Assembly (NCBI GenBank): GCA_030704615.1
Contig: CM060733.1
Coordinates: 1,860,001-1,924,000, forward strand
Length of the DNA stretch: 64,000 nucleotides
From: Takakia lepidozioides
Lineage: Eukaryota > Plantae > Bryophyta
Direction: 5' to 3'
The translations under genes were made by a program, and so were the position numbers. Below the pieces are notes generated by a model that was not told the DNA's origin, ran no database searches, and saw only the letters and a program-made list of their open reading frames with translations. Shown piece by piece: positions 10,701 through 24,419 of this stretch; the first letter of the stretch is position 1, and each line of letters opens with the position of its first letter.

Positions 10701-13496
10701 GCAGATGCGATGGCCGTTTTAGTTCCACAGTCCGTGCATGGCACTGCCGCACCTCCTGTAAAGCTTATCCGCTCTTCCCTTGTACTTGTCATTGCTCTTA
10801 TTGCTCTGCAGTTTGACACACTACAACCTCATCTCGCGGATTTATAGAGCCTAGGTACTCCACAACGCACGGTCCATCGAGGGGTCAGTCGACTGTTGAA
10901 GGCACATGTTGAAGGGTTGAACCCGGATCACCCTGGTTATGCACAGGCAAGGCACAAACACCCAACCACAGAGTCCTGGCTGTTGCTGCAGGCGTGATAA
11001 GTGGTGTGCTAATCAACAGTCGTTATTGACCGCAAGTTCTCCCTCCACTTGAGGCTCTTCAAGTTCCCGTAGATCAGAAGTACTTTTACTCATGAGACTA
11101 CCGTAATTCCTGTTTGCGTTGTACTTCGACTGCCTTATGTTGCAGAATGTACCGTCTCTCTGCCCGCCCTTTAGCAGTTACCCTTGAGAGTGGCCCTTTT
11201 GGTTTTTTGTTTCTTGCCACCTGCTTGCTGTTGTTGTTCTATATAATGTTAAGGTCAGTTGCTCAGATGTTATGTACTGTATAGAAAAAACCAAAGTACC
11301 GATGTCTTTCTGTTTGGGAAAGCAACTAGTGCAAGAGTCCATTCCTTTCACTACAAAATGCAGTGAAAAATAAAATCTGCAGGACGTGACTAGGGGAAGA
11401 TAGGGAAACACAAAAACGTTCTTCCTCCTCGATCTCGGTGGAGAGCGTAACGTGCAACCTGTGCACACGAGAGCTGTAACATGCAAGGATTGTGGCTCAA
11501 AAACCAAGGCTTACCAACTTTGGATTAGGTAGACAGAATTTTCAGGAATTTGTTTCCAATGGAACTTTAGCCGCCAGCTTGGTCCCACATGCACGCACAC
11601 CATGGAGATCTCATTGTAATATGATTCCTCCAGGAGAATGAAGACACCCCAATAATATTATATCAGTCAGAGAGAAAGTATTCTCCAACAGATTGAAAGA
11701 AACAACACGGAAATTCCAATGATGGATACGGTTCGCGAAGAAGAGAAGCCCAATAAAGGCAGGGTTGAGTGATGATGATGTATTTTCCCACTAAAGTATA
11801 CTGGGTCCAACGATATGATGATGATAGGCAGCCATGGCCAAAGTCCTCTGCTTGGTCAATACCTTCTGTTGACTGCCACCAACTCTCCATCCCTCTCACA
11901 CTCATGGGTCCCTATGGGTGGCAGGTTTAACGGCTCACCATCTTAAATGCCCTTCCCATCATGAGCCTCAAGGCATCACATCTGGTCAGAAACTAGTAGT
12001 CACCCCACTTATCTCTCTCCTCACTGTTGACTGCAACTGTCTTGACTCGATACACTTCCTTCATCATTTCGCGGTGAGGGCCCACGGGAGGGAGGAAGAA
12101 GGGATGCCTTCAGAGAGAAGGTTAATGAAAAGATGTGGAGATGCGATCAAGTTCATTCAATTAATTAGAGCCTGACTTACACACATCATGGAGTAAACGC
12201 TTCATCAGGACAGGCTTTCAGATCCTTGGCAGCCTGAAGAGACCAGGAAAATAAAAACCCCTAGCAAACGTTAATCATAGCACTTGCAACTTTAAATAGG
12301 CTCTCTTAAAACCTATTTGGACCCAGTTATGGCCCTCAAGCGTTACGTGCAAAACAGACATTGAACATTTGTCGCATGTCTCTTCTATTTAAGTACCTGT
12401 TTTGGAGGAACCCAAAACACCATTACTCAACATTCAATGCTACTGTACATAACTAAACTGAGTAATGTTAGCTGGATTACTACATCATCATTACATCCTC
12501 ACCTCTCCCAAGCAAATTCATAGCCATCCAGAAAGTTACACAAGGATCAAGGAATAGTAATGACTTGGTCTTCCCCAGGAACCCAGCCAACTAATAAGAA
12601 CAACATACTACCTAGTTTGTAAAAGTGTCGGAGCTCAGGATTAGTTCCTCACGTCTGCTGCTGACTGCTCTGCATAATTTTGAGCGGCGTCACAAAACTT
12701 GAAGGATGTAAGTAACATAAACTAACTTAGGAAGAAATTGATGAGTCTGGAGTCTGGACAGCCCAACACCCAAGTTTAGATTTAAAAATGTACTGGTTTT
12801 GGAAGTCTGTGTTTGAGGACATAATACCTCTGTTAAGCTGCCAGGAACCAACTAATGCCGAGGAGGAAGTGGAGCACTACGTGGGCAAGAGGAGGCAAAA
12901 GACCAGTGTCAGATTAGTGACAGCCTTAGTGTGTCTCTAATTTAAGCTTGAATGACTAAATGAAAAGTCAACCCCAAGGTTGTGTACCCCAAGAATTTTG
13001 AATGAATGAATAAAGAATTCACTCATTCCATTGTATTGATGCATGGGCTTGAATTCATGAACACGGAGATCACAGTAAGCTCTGCTGCATAGATCCTTAC
13101 ATACCCATGTCCCCATGATGCGCATCAAAATTGGGGTTCCTTTTGGAGTTGTTGTGTCGCCAGTCTGTTAGTAGTTGCACAGTCTTCAACACTCTTGATT
13201 TCAAGAAGAACAACAACAAAGAAAACTGTTTTATTTCAATCATACAAAAACTTGATTGCTGGATTTTACTGCCACAGTATTTTACCCGGGAATCTGGATT
13301 TATCCTGTAGAATGACGGCGCCGTCCAATCATCACTTACTTAGATTCACCTTCACTTTCATCCCTGCTGTAACTCACTCTACTTGAGTGGTCTTCTAGTG
13401 CATTTTGACTGCCATTAAGTGTTTGTTGATGCATTATTGTGAGGCGTTACAACTGCCATACTTGATATCCTTGTTGTATCAATGACTACCTAATAA

Positions 13497-13927
13497 GGGC
13501 CGCCTTACATTAGGGGCCAAGGCCGAGATTTCACTGGGGCCAATATGGGTCTGTCTCGGCCCCTCCCTTGGCCTCTTAACTTTAAAGTTATACTGTTTAG
13601 TTAGGCCTCTAATTGCAAACCAACCACGGACCAAACTACCGTACTTGGCCAGAACCTATTTTTTTTCCTGGCATTGCCCTTGTAGAAGAGAAGAGATGCC
13701 AAAAAGTACATACCTCCAAGAGCAAGCCTACCAACTTGGGGCAGAAGAGAAGCTTCTGCTAAATAAAACGTCCCCATAAGGAGTGTTGTGGTGTGGGTTT
13801 TCATTAGCAGAAGTCAATCAGCGCCAAGTAGAATTGCATTGTATTGGCCCTTCGACCAAGGGATATAAAACTGACCAACAAAGACACTTTGGTCCCTGCA
13901 CTGCTTAGCCCTAATGTAAAGCGGCCC
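13497..13927. mobile_element. Tourist-like (PIF/Harbinger) MITE
   Basis: TIRs gggccgccttacattaggg (13497) and ccctaatgtaaagcggccc (ends 13927), flanked on both sides by TAA (13494-96, 13928-30); no coding capacity. Confidence 0.9.
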
Positions 13928-16664
13928 TAAGCATGAGTGATGATGCCAAGTTTGGATGAAACAAGTCACTGGAGGATTCTAGGTATCCTTTTAGAAGATT
14001 CTAGGATCCTTTCTCTTTGAAATTGGACAACCCAAATTTCATCATTCAATCATAGCGCAACAATTGCATTAGAAAAGGGAATATCACAGCCACGGAGGCT
14101 AATGTCAGTATCACATCATCACAAGCATGTTACCATGATCTTTTCCTCAAGAAACTTGATAAAGTGACGGTCAGGCGCAACTGAATGAGGGAGAGTCATG
14201 GGTTTTGGTTTTTAATGCAGACTAGTCAGACTGGCAATGTTACTTTGATGAAGAAACAACCAAGTTTAGAGTCAGACTGGCAAAAATATGATTAGATAAA
14301 GGGCACCTGGTGGTCGCCAGATGGGCAACAGGAGGCGAGTTGGTTACTGTGAGTGTGTCCTAATTTGTTAAATTGGAAACCATTTCCAGTGCATTATGAA
14401 GTTTTGGTGATCACAGGCCTTAATTTGAACACATTCATTTTGAGTGGAATGGAGTGGGTGACAGGGCTCTTGGATAAATAAAATGGGATTGAATACAGGG
14501 AGGAGGAGGTATTGAAGGTCTGACACTAGCCATAGCTCTGCAGCTTCCATGGCGTTAGTACTTGACTATTATGAGGTGATGCCAGCCACTCATGGAACAT
14601 ACATGGAGGTGATTGCTGCAGGGAATCATAGTCCTTACTGTCTTCATCATTTGCAAGGGCGACGTCCACAGCCTCTGCTAGTTTTTCTTCTCTTAGTTTT
14701 TCTGGTTTTCTCTTGTTTGATTGCACGATAATCAAGTCATTCACCAAGTGGTCTTCCTGTAAAACTATCATCATCGTCCTCAGTCTTCTCAACAAGATTT
14801 GCTCACTCGCACAGAACATGACGGAAAAGGCTGCAGAAACAGTTACATGTAAGAAGACTAACTTACTGCCAAGCCAGTTCTCTGCAAGTGGTGGGCAAGT
14901 GTGACACAGAATCATCCATTCAATCATTGGATGGATGACTTTCATGGGCCCAGAGGATGGATGGAAATCAAGGAATCAGTAAGATCAGCCAAAATATCCT
15001 CCTTGACCTCCAACTGACATTGGATGAAAGTTGAGGTGCAAAGAAGTAGGCGCTTCAAAACAGAGTCATAAAGTGTGATGATACAGGGAAACTTTCCCTG
15101 AACTTCTGAGGTGCTATCATCAATACTAGCTTACCGGCATAGCTAGTTATGGAAAAGCCAGAACTGCATAAATAGAGAAGGTACCGTATCTAACAACGGC
15201 TAGTAAAAGTGAGCAAATTGGTAACGGTTAAGTGCTGGAGTGGGGGCCAGCACTAGAAAATTTGTCATTGGCAAGGAGAACGGAGAAGTCAAATTGAGAA
15301 CAATATTCTGGCACAAATATGGGGCACTGGGCCGTAACAGTAGGGCGGCTTTGTTATGTAGTGCAAGTGCACCGCTCTTTTTGCAGACATGGGTCTGGGT
15401 AGCGTAGAATGGTGTGGTGGGAGCTACTGTACATTCGTGCGTTACATAGCAATGTTCAACAGTGTTGTAAGAAACAACAAAAGGTGAGCTAGTTACCCAT
15501 CATATCATTCCATGGGGACCACCTTGTCCTGGAGAAGAAAGAGTCTAAAAGGGTGGGTGAGATACCTGCTAAACATAGTGGGGGGTGTGTGGGAGGAAGA
15601 AAGGAAGGATGGGTGTGGAGTTTTGGCGAGCGTGTCTCGGAACCGTTGGAAAGCTGCAGCGGAGGTGGCTGAAAGCAGAGTTGAGTGCTTTGTGTCAGAG
15701 CCCAATAATGGCTTCCCTTGCTGTTCCTCGTGGTCCCATTGCTTTGTGCATGCCCACTGGATCACCTGGCCACTCCCCTCCACCGTTCGTGCTCGCCCAT
15801 CCCTTTGCCCATCACCCATCATGCTTACCTCAGTCCCTTGCATATTATAAGCTGATAAGCATAACTGTGCATCTCAATTGCTGACGATGCGTCGGTACAA
15901 GGCAACAGCAAAGCATGGTCCTGAGAGAATAGTTCCTCGTCGAAAACAAAAAAATATCATCTGGTTCGAGACTCCGTAGTTTAAAAGTAGGAGTATAACT
16001 CCTTGGGAACATGGAATTGGGTCCATCACAAGCACGGCGCAAGGTGAAGAGGGAATTTGTTTACCCAGCGTCATTCTTAAACGCACTTGCACTATTCTAA
16101 TGCGTCTCTCGGCCATGTGTGTAAGTTCTGGTGCTCGCTCCATGACAAAATGTTGCCCAATTGGTGGCTGCCCGTATGCATGATTCGGACACGAGTGGTG
16201 TGGTTACTGCTGAACCAGATATGGACTCACCTACCATTGCTTTGAGAGCTTGGCATGCATATAAGAACAACACTGAATTCGAGGAGCTGCGGCAGTTTGC
16301 TGCCGTCGAATGAAGAAGAAGATGACGTGCATTGAGTATATCTAAGCAGATTTGGTTATCTCTTGTAAGAGGCACAACTCAGCATAATACCCGGCAACCC
16401 ACACGCTCACTTGAGCTTCTCTCTTTCTTTTTGTTTGCTCCGTGTCTCTAAAGCAGAGCACGTGTGCATGGGAATGTGCAGGCATGGCCTGGCCCTACAA
16501 GCCTTGCGCTGTGCACTTGGAGGCCTTCAATGCGGGGCTTGCCCCACCATCCACCTGCTCCACACCAAGCCCACCCCCACTCCCTAATCCAGCACTCTAA
16601 ACATCGCCATTAACTTAGTTCCTTGCTTAGCCATAACCTTGCTCCTAACCAAAGAAGTAAAGTA

Positions 16665-16832
16665 CGACGCCTCCCAAAGGAAGCGTAACTTATGGAGTCA
16701 CTTCACCCCCAAGGGCTCCTGCCTTCCGCTAGGAAGGTGGACAGCTTTATGACACACCAGACCGTGGTTTGAACCCCAACCACATCCAACGTGGTATTTG
16801 CCCATTACCACTGGGCTACATGCTGGTTGTCC
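16665..16832 (-). mobile_element. tRNA-derived SINE-like element (second family)
   Basis: Minus strand reads tgTAGCCCAGTGGtaatgggcaaataccacgttggatgtggttggGGTTCAAACCacgg: Pol III A and B boxes at tRNA spacing, but no intact cloverleaf. 3' boundary approximate. Confidence 0.5.
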
Positions 16833-17022
16833 CTGCTAACTAATGCCTCTTTCCCAGAGTGACCCAAGCTTCCTTTTTCCTCTGTTTTTTTTTCTCTCCG
16901 TCCACCTAGAGTGCTCAGTGGAGGACTCCTCCTTGAATTTAAGTTAGTAATTGTGGAGGTGAATCAAAAGTCCTTTTTAACTTAACAAGTTAATTTATTC
17001 GGCTGCACTGTCCAATATGAAA

Positions 17023-17573
17023 TCTATACACATATATATGATGTCAACCAAAGCTAGCGTAAATAAGAGCCTCTTCCATTTTGCCGGTGGCTCTATTTGT
17101 GAAATATATTTATGTTGGTGGGACATCAACAAAATTTGTTTGCATGGCTTAGAAAGTGTGGGTGTCGTTTTCCGGCGCGCGGTCAACGCATGTTCTCACA
17201 TTGGACGGTGCCGAATAAACTCAATAACAACTTGTTAGATGCAACATTTATTTACTGATACTTTAAGAATAAGAACAAGCGGCTAGTCGCGTATGGCTCC
17301 TCTTTTGTGAATAACAAAATCTACTTTCATCCACAATAAACTTGAATTTTATTCATTTATTTTTCATAAATTGTTCAATAAAAGAGATGTTACCTGAGGG
17401 AGGGGTTACCTGGATGCACTTAATGAAGTAGTTTTCAACAAAGAAGGCACAAGAGGGGCTTAGCGATTTTTGACACTGATGTGTAGTCTCCTCTTTAGAA
17501 TGAAGAGAAGCCAATAAACTAAATGAGAATAATTATATCCCTACGGCAAACCGCAGGAATATACAACTACTGG
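17023..17573 (+). mobile_element. Putative non-autonomous Helitron
   Basis: 5' A|TCTATACACATATAT at 17023; 3' hairpin cctacgg-caaa-ccgcagg (17540-17557) about 12 nt before CTGG|T (17570-17573). Insertion between A and T with no TSD; AT-rich interior. Confidence 0.55.
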
Positions 17574-19471
17574 TGATGACAACACACGGTGAATGTCGAA
17601 CAAGAGCAAACAATTAGTTTTATAGGATTGCTACTGCACATTTTTCACATGAATGCATTTTGCATTAACATCACGTCAACAGACACACATACAATTTTTT
17701 TTTTCTGGTCCCCTCCCTCTCCCACCCTGCCCGGCCCGATAAAAGAAAACCCATTAAATAGTTTTAACAAGCCTCGAATGGCAATGGGCTCTTGTGAACA
17801 TGATAGGGGCGGTGGGACTAAGGGCCAGGACTCAGCACAAACAGACGAACAGACTAACCCGAGCCTTGATGCGGCGTAAGGTCCTTTGACCACATTTTCT
17901 CTGTTGACTTCAACATGATTCGAACTCTCTCTTTTGCCAATCTACATAAGAGAGCCAATAAACTCTCTCAATGTATGTGACAAATAAACTTAAACATACT
18001 TGAGCCCGCAATATTGAACTTGAATTGAAGGAAGGAATGAAAGATACCCATTGGCCATCCATTGGGAGACAACGAAATGCAACACTGAAAAAAACAGTCA
18101 TCTTGCTTACATCCATCCATCTTTTCCCCAACAAAGCTAACATTTGATATACCATAGTATTGCAACTCATAATTAGGTCATCTTAAGGTACGTTAACACA
18201 TATTGGTACGTTCGTCGATATGTGCACTTATACATACCTCTATTCATACATACGCGCCTCGAGTTGGTAAGTAGCCTATGTAGCATCTCTTATATATCAG
18301 GGGACCTATCATTCAGCGGTAAGTGGGAAGATAGTTTACTTTCATGTCAATAAAATCATTTTAGTTGATATTATTGGTGGTAACTTATCAGTTTGAAATC
18401 CTATCTGATAAGTTACCAATTTTCCTCCATTTAACAATCCCTTCCGCCTTTGCGAAGCTCTTCGCCATCAGTACAAAGCTCCTGCTTCATCGTTGCTAAG
18501 CTCCCTCGCCATTGCTGTGTTACATAGTCCTTCGCCATAGCTGGAAAGCTTCAAACCCTTGCGCGAGCAAACGCACAATAGAGACGTAAAAATGCATTGG
18601 ATTCAATAGGAACGGAGTAAGAACACATCTACGTAGAAGAGGGAGAGGGAGCGGGAGGGGTAGGTCAGCAAGAGGTGGAAGCAATGCAAGTGCTCAACAA
18701 CGACATGAGAATTGCGAACGCAATGAAATGGTCGCACTCATCAAGGCAAACACACTAAGCATGCAGCTCAAAAAATCTTGTAGATCTGAGAGCTCATATG
18801 GTCCCCGCAGTACAGAATGGAATAAGATCTCTGAGAATGTGCAAAAGATTACCAACGCACGAGTCCTCCGAAATGGGAAAATATGCAAAGACAAGTCGAA
18901 CTGACTAAACTCCGACTTCAAGAAGCTTTTTAATTACCATAAGGGGACTGGACATCATACATCATAGTGGGATACGACTCCCAGTGAGAGGGACCAGTTT
19001 CACCTACCAAGACAATTCAATAGTAAATAGCATTGTGTTGACATGTAAATACGAGAATTTCAATGTCAATTTATCTAGTGCTAGATGCAAATTTATGTTT
19101 CAATTTCAGTTTCAATGTGTTGTCTCAATTTAGTAGCTTTTAAGGAGGTCTTTAGCTTGAAATGCTTGAGAAGGCAATAATTGCATACGACGGCTCAACC
19201 ATTCCACCTCCTAAATTCCTGCTGTGCTTTCAAGAAATTAAAACCATGTGTAGAAATGGCTGGGGACAACTTGTTCTCAAAGCTAGCTAATCAAGGCTCT
19301 AGAATTAGCTGCTGAGGGGAGATCAGAAATGGAGGGTATACGACAAGGCGATGGCGAGGCGAGGCGAGGCGAGGCGGGTATTTTGTGAGGGTTGCGGGAT
19401 GCCAGGTTCTGCAGATGCAAAATTCTGCTCCAATTGTGGTTTGAAAAGAGTCATAGAGGCTCAAACAGTGC

Positions 19472-20560
19472 ATGTCACATAGCTTCCTCAAAAAATACAG
19501 GTATGATCTTTTTGCTAGAATCTATGAACTCAAAGGCTCTATATTAATTACGTGTATTGTTTGTTTTCAGGGACAACAAAATTTGCCTCCTGTCACTCCT
19601 TTTTTGCAAGCTGAAACGTCGCAGTCTTTGGGAATTCCACTCTTGGAATCTCCTTCCTACAGTGATATATTCAGCCCTCCCAAAGGGAAATCAAGGAATC
19701 TTGGTAAAAAATTCGGGAAGGATTTACTAAGAGTTCGCTGGCATAAACTGACCTACATGTCCAACCGAAGGTCAATCGAGTGGCTTGCGGAAGGTGGTTT
19801 CTTGGCTGATTCCCCAAACTTACGTGTGGATAAAGATGCCCGATTGAAACTGAGAAGCCTTATTGAGAGGAGGTACCCGCAATTGGCTACACTCAATTTT
19901 GGCCCTTGCACCTATCGATGGCAGCCTAAGGAAATCTATGAGACTATGAAAGAAATTCTATACTACATGAAGAAGAAAAAGGATTATTCATGAGGCAAAT
20001 GAAGCTGTCTAGTGTGAGTGTATAATTAACATTCCAATCCATGTAAAAGACTTGAAGTCTAACGAAAATGAAAATTATACTACAAGAGGTCCCGAGGCTT
20101 GCATGGAAGAAGTTGAGAACTATGATGCAACACTCTATTGATGATTGTGTGCTAGAGACACAGTGAATTCATCTGTATTCCTAGTGCTCAAGGTGGTACT
20201 CAAAATGTACGTTAGCTTGGATGATCTTCTGGGCAACAACACTCCAGTACGCTCACATAATGTCGTCAACCTTTCATACGTTAGTGCACCGGCACAATCT
20301 ACAACACTAAACAGGCCAATTGCTCTAGGGAGCACCGGAGTTAAATGTAAACGTACTAATGGCTTTTCTTCAATAAATGAGGCAAACCACAAGAACTCTA
20401 AGTGATTGTCAACACTATGGATTGCATCAATACTACGCAAATGGTGTTTGAGGAGCGTCACGCAAAGATGCAAGATTGCATGCAGCTACACAAGGAGAAT
20501 TTGAATTACTTCAAGCACAGAGACAAAAAAAATTCAACCACGAGCAAAACTATAGTACAT
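19472..20560 (+). pseudogene. Plus-strand accessory ORF region of the Harbinger element (probable Myb/SANT-like partner, degraded)
   Basis: ORF 19472-19993 (173 aa, containing a possible in-frame GT-AG intron 19501-19570) and fragments 20145-20560 ending in a coiled-coil-like stretch. The convergent arrangement with the transposase is typical of Harbinger; the SANT domain itself is not clearly readable. Confidence 0.4.
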
Positions 20561-21099
20561 GTTTTGAGTAACTTGAGAACAATGTTATGCCATGCTTTCA
20601 TTTGTGATAAGGCGGCTATTCCTACCTCTGTGCAATTTCTTTCAAACTCATCATATGATGAACGCCCAATCGAGGGACAAACAACTGTAAACTTTAGCAA
20701 CAACAAATGATTGAGCAGTTGTGACAGAAAGATTTGGGATCTAGCAACAACTAAATGAGCAGTAAGAAAGAAGTTCGCATGCCACACAACACAACTTGTT
20801 GAGGACTTGTAGAAAATTTTGTAGAATAGGATTCAAAACATTGAATTGTCTAGCCAGTTTCAATAGGCTTAGCATAGAGGGTAGTTGTGATTTCTTGAAG
20901 AATTTGTAGAAACGTTTTTGTTTGGTCATTTTCAATAGCTCTTTGTCATTGAAACTCTCATTATAAATCGAACTATCAATTTAAAGCGGTTAGTTTTGTC
21001 TATTTCTGCGAGGCTTGTTTTCCAGATAATTTCTAGGATCATTCTTTGTGTGACTCCGGAAAGTTGTTTGCCTTGTAGTTCAGGTTCATGTTCATTCTC

Positions 21100-22150
21100 A
21101 GCTAGAACTTCAGCCGGATCCATTCATCACGATTCTCTCATCGTCTTGGTAGACCATAGTTGTTCATGTAGTTCGCATCATATTCTTATTCGAGTTGACG
21201 TATTAGAGCCTAAATACCAAGGTCTTTTCCGCCAAGTATTATGTTGTATAATGTACAACAGCAGACAACTACGTGTGACCTAGTGAAAACAGTACATGCA
21301 AGATAGTTTTCAGGGGCAAATCTTTGAAAAGTTTTTTCAAAGGTAGGGCTTTACGTCGTCTTCACCACATTCTCTCTTAAATAAATCTCTAGCCAACGTT
21401 TTATGATAGAAGGATGAAAATGCGTAGAATTCTTGCATCGTTCGTGCTTTCAAGCATGCCGACAAAGACATCGAAAAATATTTTCTGATTATCAATTATT
21501 CATTGCAATTGCAAACTATATCTTTTTTATTTGAATGGAAAATAGTCCGCTGCGAACTGCCTCCTAGGAGTATGTGTATTTCAGTGACGTCGATAGCGCC
21601 ATGAATCAATGGTAAGCCACATAAGTCCTTAAACCTGGCCATTATCTATGTCAGAGAGTCGTCTTCCGGCGATTTGATTTGACTTCAAAAAAACAACATT
21701 CATTGTAGCAACAATCTCTCTCAAATCTCTCTCGATTTGCCGATGGCAGATAATTCTCTGCAATTAAGAAATTCCGCCTAATACGCAAGTTTGTAAAGGC
21801 GACCCGAATCTCTACAGATACTGCGCATCTGTAACGAATATCTTTCTTTTCCATCAAATGCTTTAAGAGCTTGCGGTCAATTAGGATCACAACATCTTGA
21901 GGAAATGGGAGTACCATATAGTACACCTAGCCTTAACCCAATCTCCAAGCTCCCTGTTGTAGAGCGAATCGTATATGCACTCAAGTCTATATTGATCTAG
22001 AACTAGAGAGTTCATCATTATGTAGAAGGCAGCTTTGCTGTCCAGGTATTTCGAGGTATGGGACGAGAATTGTAATTCATTTGACTCAACTTGATAGCAC
22101 AACATTAGAAATTATTGTGCTTGCAAAAAGGCTTCCAAAAAATGCACCAA
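21100..22150 (-). pseudogene. Harbinger (HARBI1/DDE_Tnp_4-like) transposase, frameshifted
   Basis: Minus-strand translation gives FKDLCGLPLIHGAIDVTEIHI, LQLQ*IIDNQKIFFDVFVGMLESTNDARILR and VVVCCCTLYNII. These match the Harbinger motifs GAIDGTHI, F.DV.VG.PGS..DAR.L and ACC.LHN. Boundaries approximate. Confidence 0.85.
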
Positions 22151-23490
22151 AAGAATAATTTTCAGTGATCTCATACTCCAATTAACAGGAGATAAACGAG
22201 ATGACCAAATAAAGTAGAGAGATCACACGAATTCTGAGATAAACGGAGTGAGCAATGTGGTAGAATAGTAGCTCAAAACAAAACAAACAGGACCACCACA
22301 AACGTACAAATGAACAGTGAAACGGTGAACAGCTCAAGTGATCGGTCTGATTAAGTGAAATCATTTTCGCAATCAATTGGCGTTATCAACATAGATGTCA
22401 CTAGACCATTCATCAACAACGACACGGATATTGATACAATAGGCCCGTTGCTAACAGGGTAAGTAAGATGTGGTGTATGAACAACGATAACGTGGTATTG
22501 ATAATTACGTATTGATACCCTGACCCGTCAATATGAAACCCTAATTTGAGGTGATAAAATGTCAATTTTGCTATCATTTCCAATAGCGAAGCACCAAGTA
22601 TGAACGTACCTTTAGTTGCGTCGTTTTCTATCACTAACAAGAGAAGTGGGTGCAAGTAGCTGAAATAATCTTGCCTCAACATTCCTGGGCCATGTTTTAT
22701 TGTTTCGTACTTGTGGCTCTAACACCATAGAAGCTTCTAGATGACACGACACCATAATTTACGCTTGCTTCAGTGGGAGTCAAATCTTTTGTAATGAAAT
22801 TGTTACAATATTATTTCATTTAAAAACATGAAGGAATAGCCATTACAATTAAACTGATTACGTGCAATAACATTCCCCGCGGATAATATTGGTGTACAAC
22901 TGGCCAAGCAAAAAATTGCAAAAAAATAAAAAGCAAAAAGAATATCAGCGGGAGCCAGCATAAATAAATGCATGGAATTCATGCAAGCCCTGCCGTACAG
23001 TAATTATGAATAGGTAGTAAAAATCTGGAAGATCATATAATTAGTCTAAATATCAAGGTAACAGGATTTGAGCCCTGAATCACCCAGTGGCACGCATGGT
23101 AATATCCAATGGACTTTCATTTATGGCATGCACAAGAAGTTGAACGGATGTCATTTATTAAAAGACAGAATATTCTCTTGACAACTGTCTCGATCGAATT
23201 GGAAGTCTAATCGAAAGCATTGGTGCTAAAGCAGCTGAAACCCACTGCGTAGTCCTGCCTTAGGAAGGCAGGGCCAATAAAAGCCTCTTCCCCTTGCAGG
23301 TACTGCCCACTTTCAGGCCAGGCCAACCAAAAGCCTACTTAGTTCCCCGGCTCATGTAAGCTATTAATACAAAGTATAAACGGATTTCTCTGCAAAGTCC
23401 AAAAATAAATATACCACTCGTTTTTTCTTTTAAAATAATTGTTTTTACCACTATTTTACCACTAGTTTCTTGATTGTCATGTTAAAATAT

Positions 23491-23645
23491 TGTGGGTGGT
23501 GTCCCATGCGAAAGCCTTCACTGCGAGGTTACTCTGAAAGAGGTTATTTTTTCCTCTCACTATAACTAAGGGGCCTGATTTGTGAGCTGTCACTCGCTCC
23601 CAGGTGTTTGAGACCCTATAAGATATATATATATACATATATATA
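23491..23645 (+). mobile_element. 5'-truncated copy of tRNA-derived SINE family A
   Basis: ggtgtcccatgcgaaagccttcac...gaaagaggttattttttcctctcactataactaaggggcctgatttgtgagctgtc...ctcccaggtgttt followed by an (AT)n tail; same 3' body as 40286-40525 and 47197-47486. Confidence 0.8.
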
Positions 23646-23787
23646 TTGTCCACCTTCCCAATGTAAGCTATTCACTCTTTCAACTTGGTGAAGCCAGACC
23701 CTAATTTACAGTTGCTGGGCGGCAGTCAACTATTTGTTTTTGAAAAACTAGTGCTAGTTGAAGCCTGCATGGACCAGCTAAGCTAGT

Positions 23788-23920
23788 CTACTCTTAGCTT
23801 CTCTCTCATAGAATAGGAACGTATCCCAATCTTTTTCAGTCTTGCCCTGGCAGTCAGTTCAACACTGTCTACTCTTAGTTTCTCTCTACTAGAATAGGAA
23901 TCTAGTCCAATCTCTTTATA
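23788..23920. repeat. Imperfect ~80-bp-period tandem duplication
   Basis: ctactcttagcttctctctcatagaataggaacgtatcccaatct repeated as ctactcttagtttctctctactagaataggaatctagtccaatct. Confidence 0.75.
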
Positions 23921-24419
23921 TTTTAATTGGGCTCTTATGAACACTAGACTCATTTTTAATTCTTCAGCCGGCCATCTCCATGTAGTCTTAGGCTTTCCCG
24001 TCCATGGTATCTTTGGAAGAGCAGCTGTGTACTTCCCTACCATGGATCCCTATTCATGTCTACCATGTATCCCTTTTCTTTACCGTGGATCCCTTTTCTC
24101 TCAGGTTCTTAGTTATGATTTGAACCTATTTTGAGGTGTGGTGTGCAAAAAAAAAGAGAAATAGCCTATGTATGCATTTAAAATTAATTGGTTTCTGCTT
24201 GGAGGAGTTTGCCAAAACTAGTTTTGATCCTGTTGCATCGTAGGTTCCTATGTAACAAATATACCCTTAGAGAAAAAAGGATCTTCAGAAATGGATGAAA
24301 ATATATAAGTGACATAAGTGCATAATTTTATTGGTTTTTAAGTGATCACTATTTACCAACCAGTGGTTTTTTTATTCGTTGAAAGTAAAGCATATGGCCT
24401 CCATCCTTGGTTATTTTTT

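Larger units (their letters stand above)
18186..22611. mobile_element. PIF/Harbinger DNA transposon (decayed autonomous copy)
   Basis: TIRs aggtacgttaacac (18186) and gtatgaacgtacct (ends 22611), TTA on both flanks. Contains a minus-strand DDE transposase relic and convergent plus-strand ORF fragments. Confidence 0.8.

Noticed and set aside
11500-12270. F-box pseudogene on the minus strand (RLP…VCKS…LIASP fragments)
   Set aside because: The motifs are in different frames and too degraded to support without a profile search.
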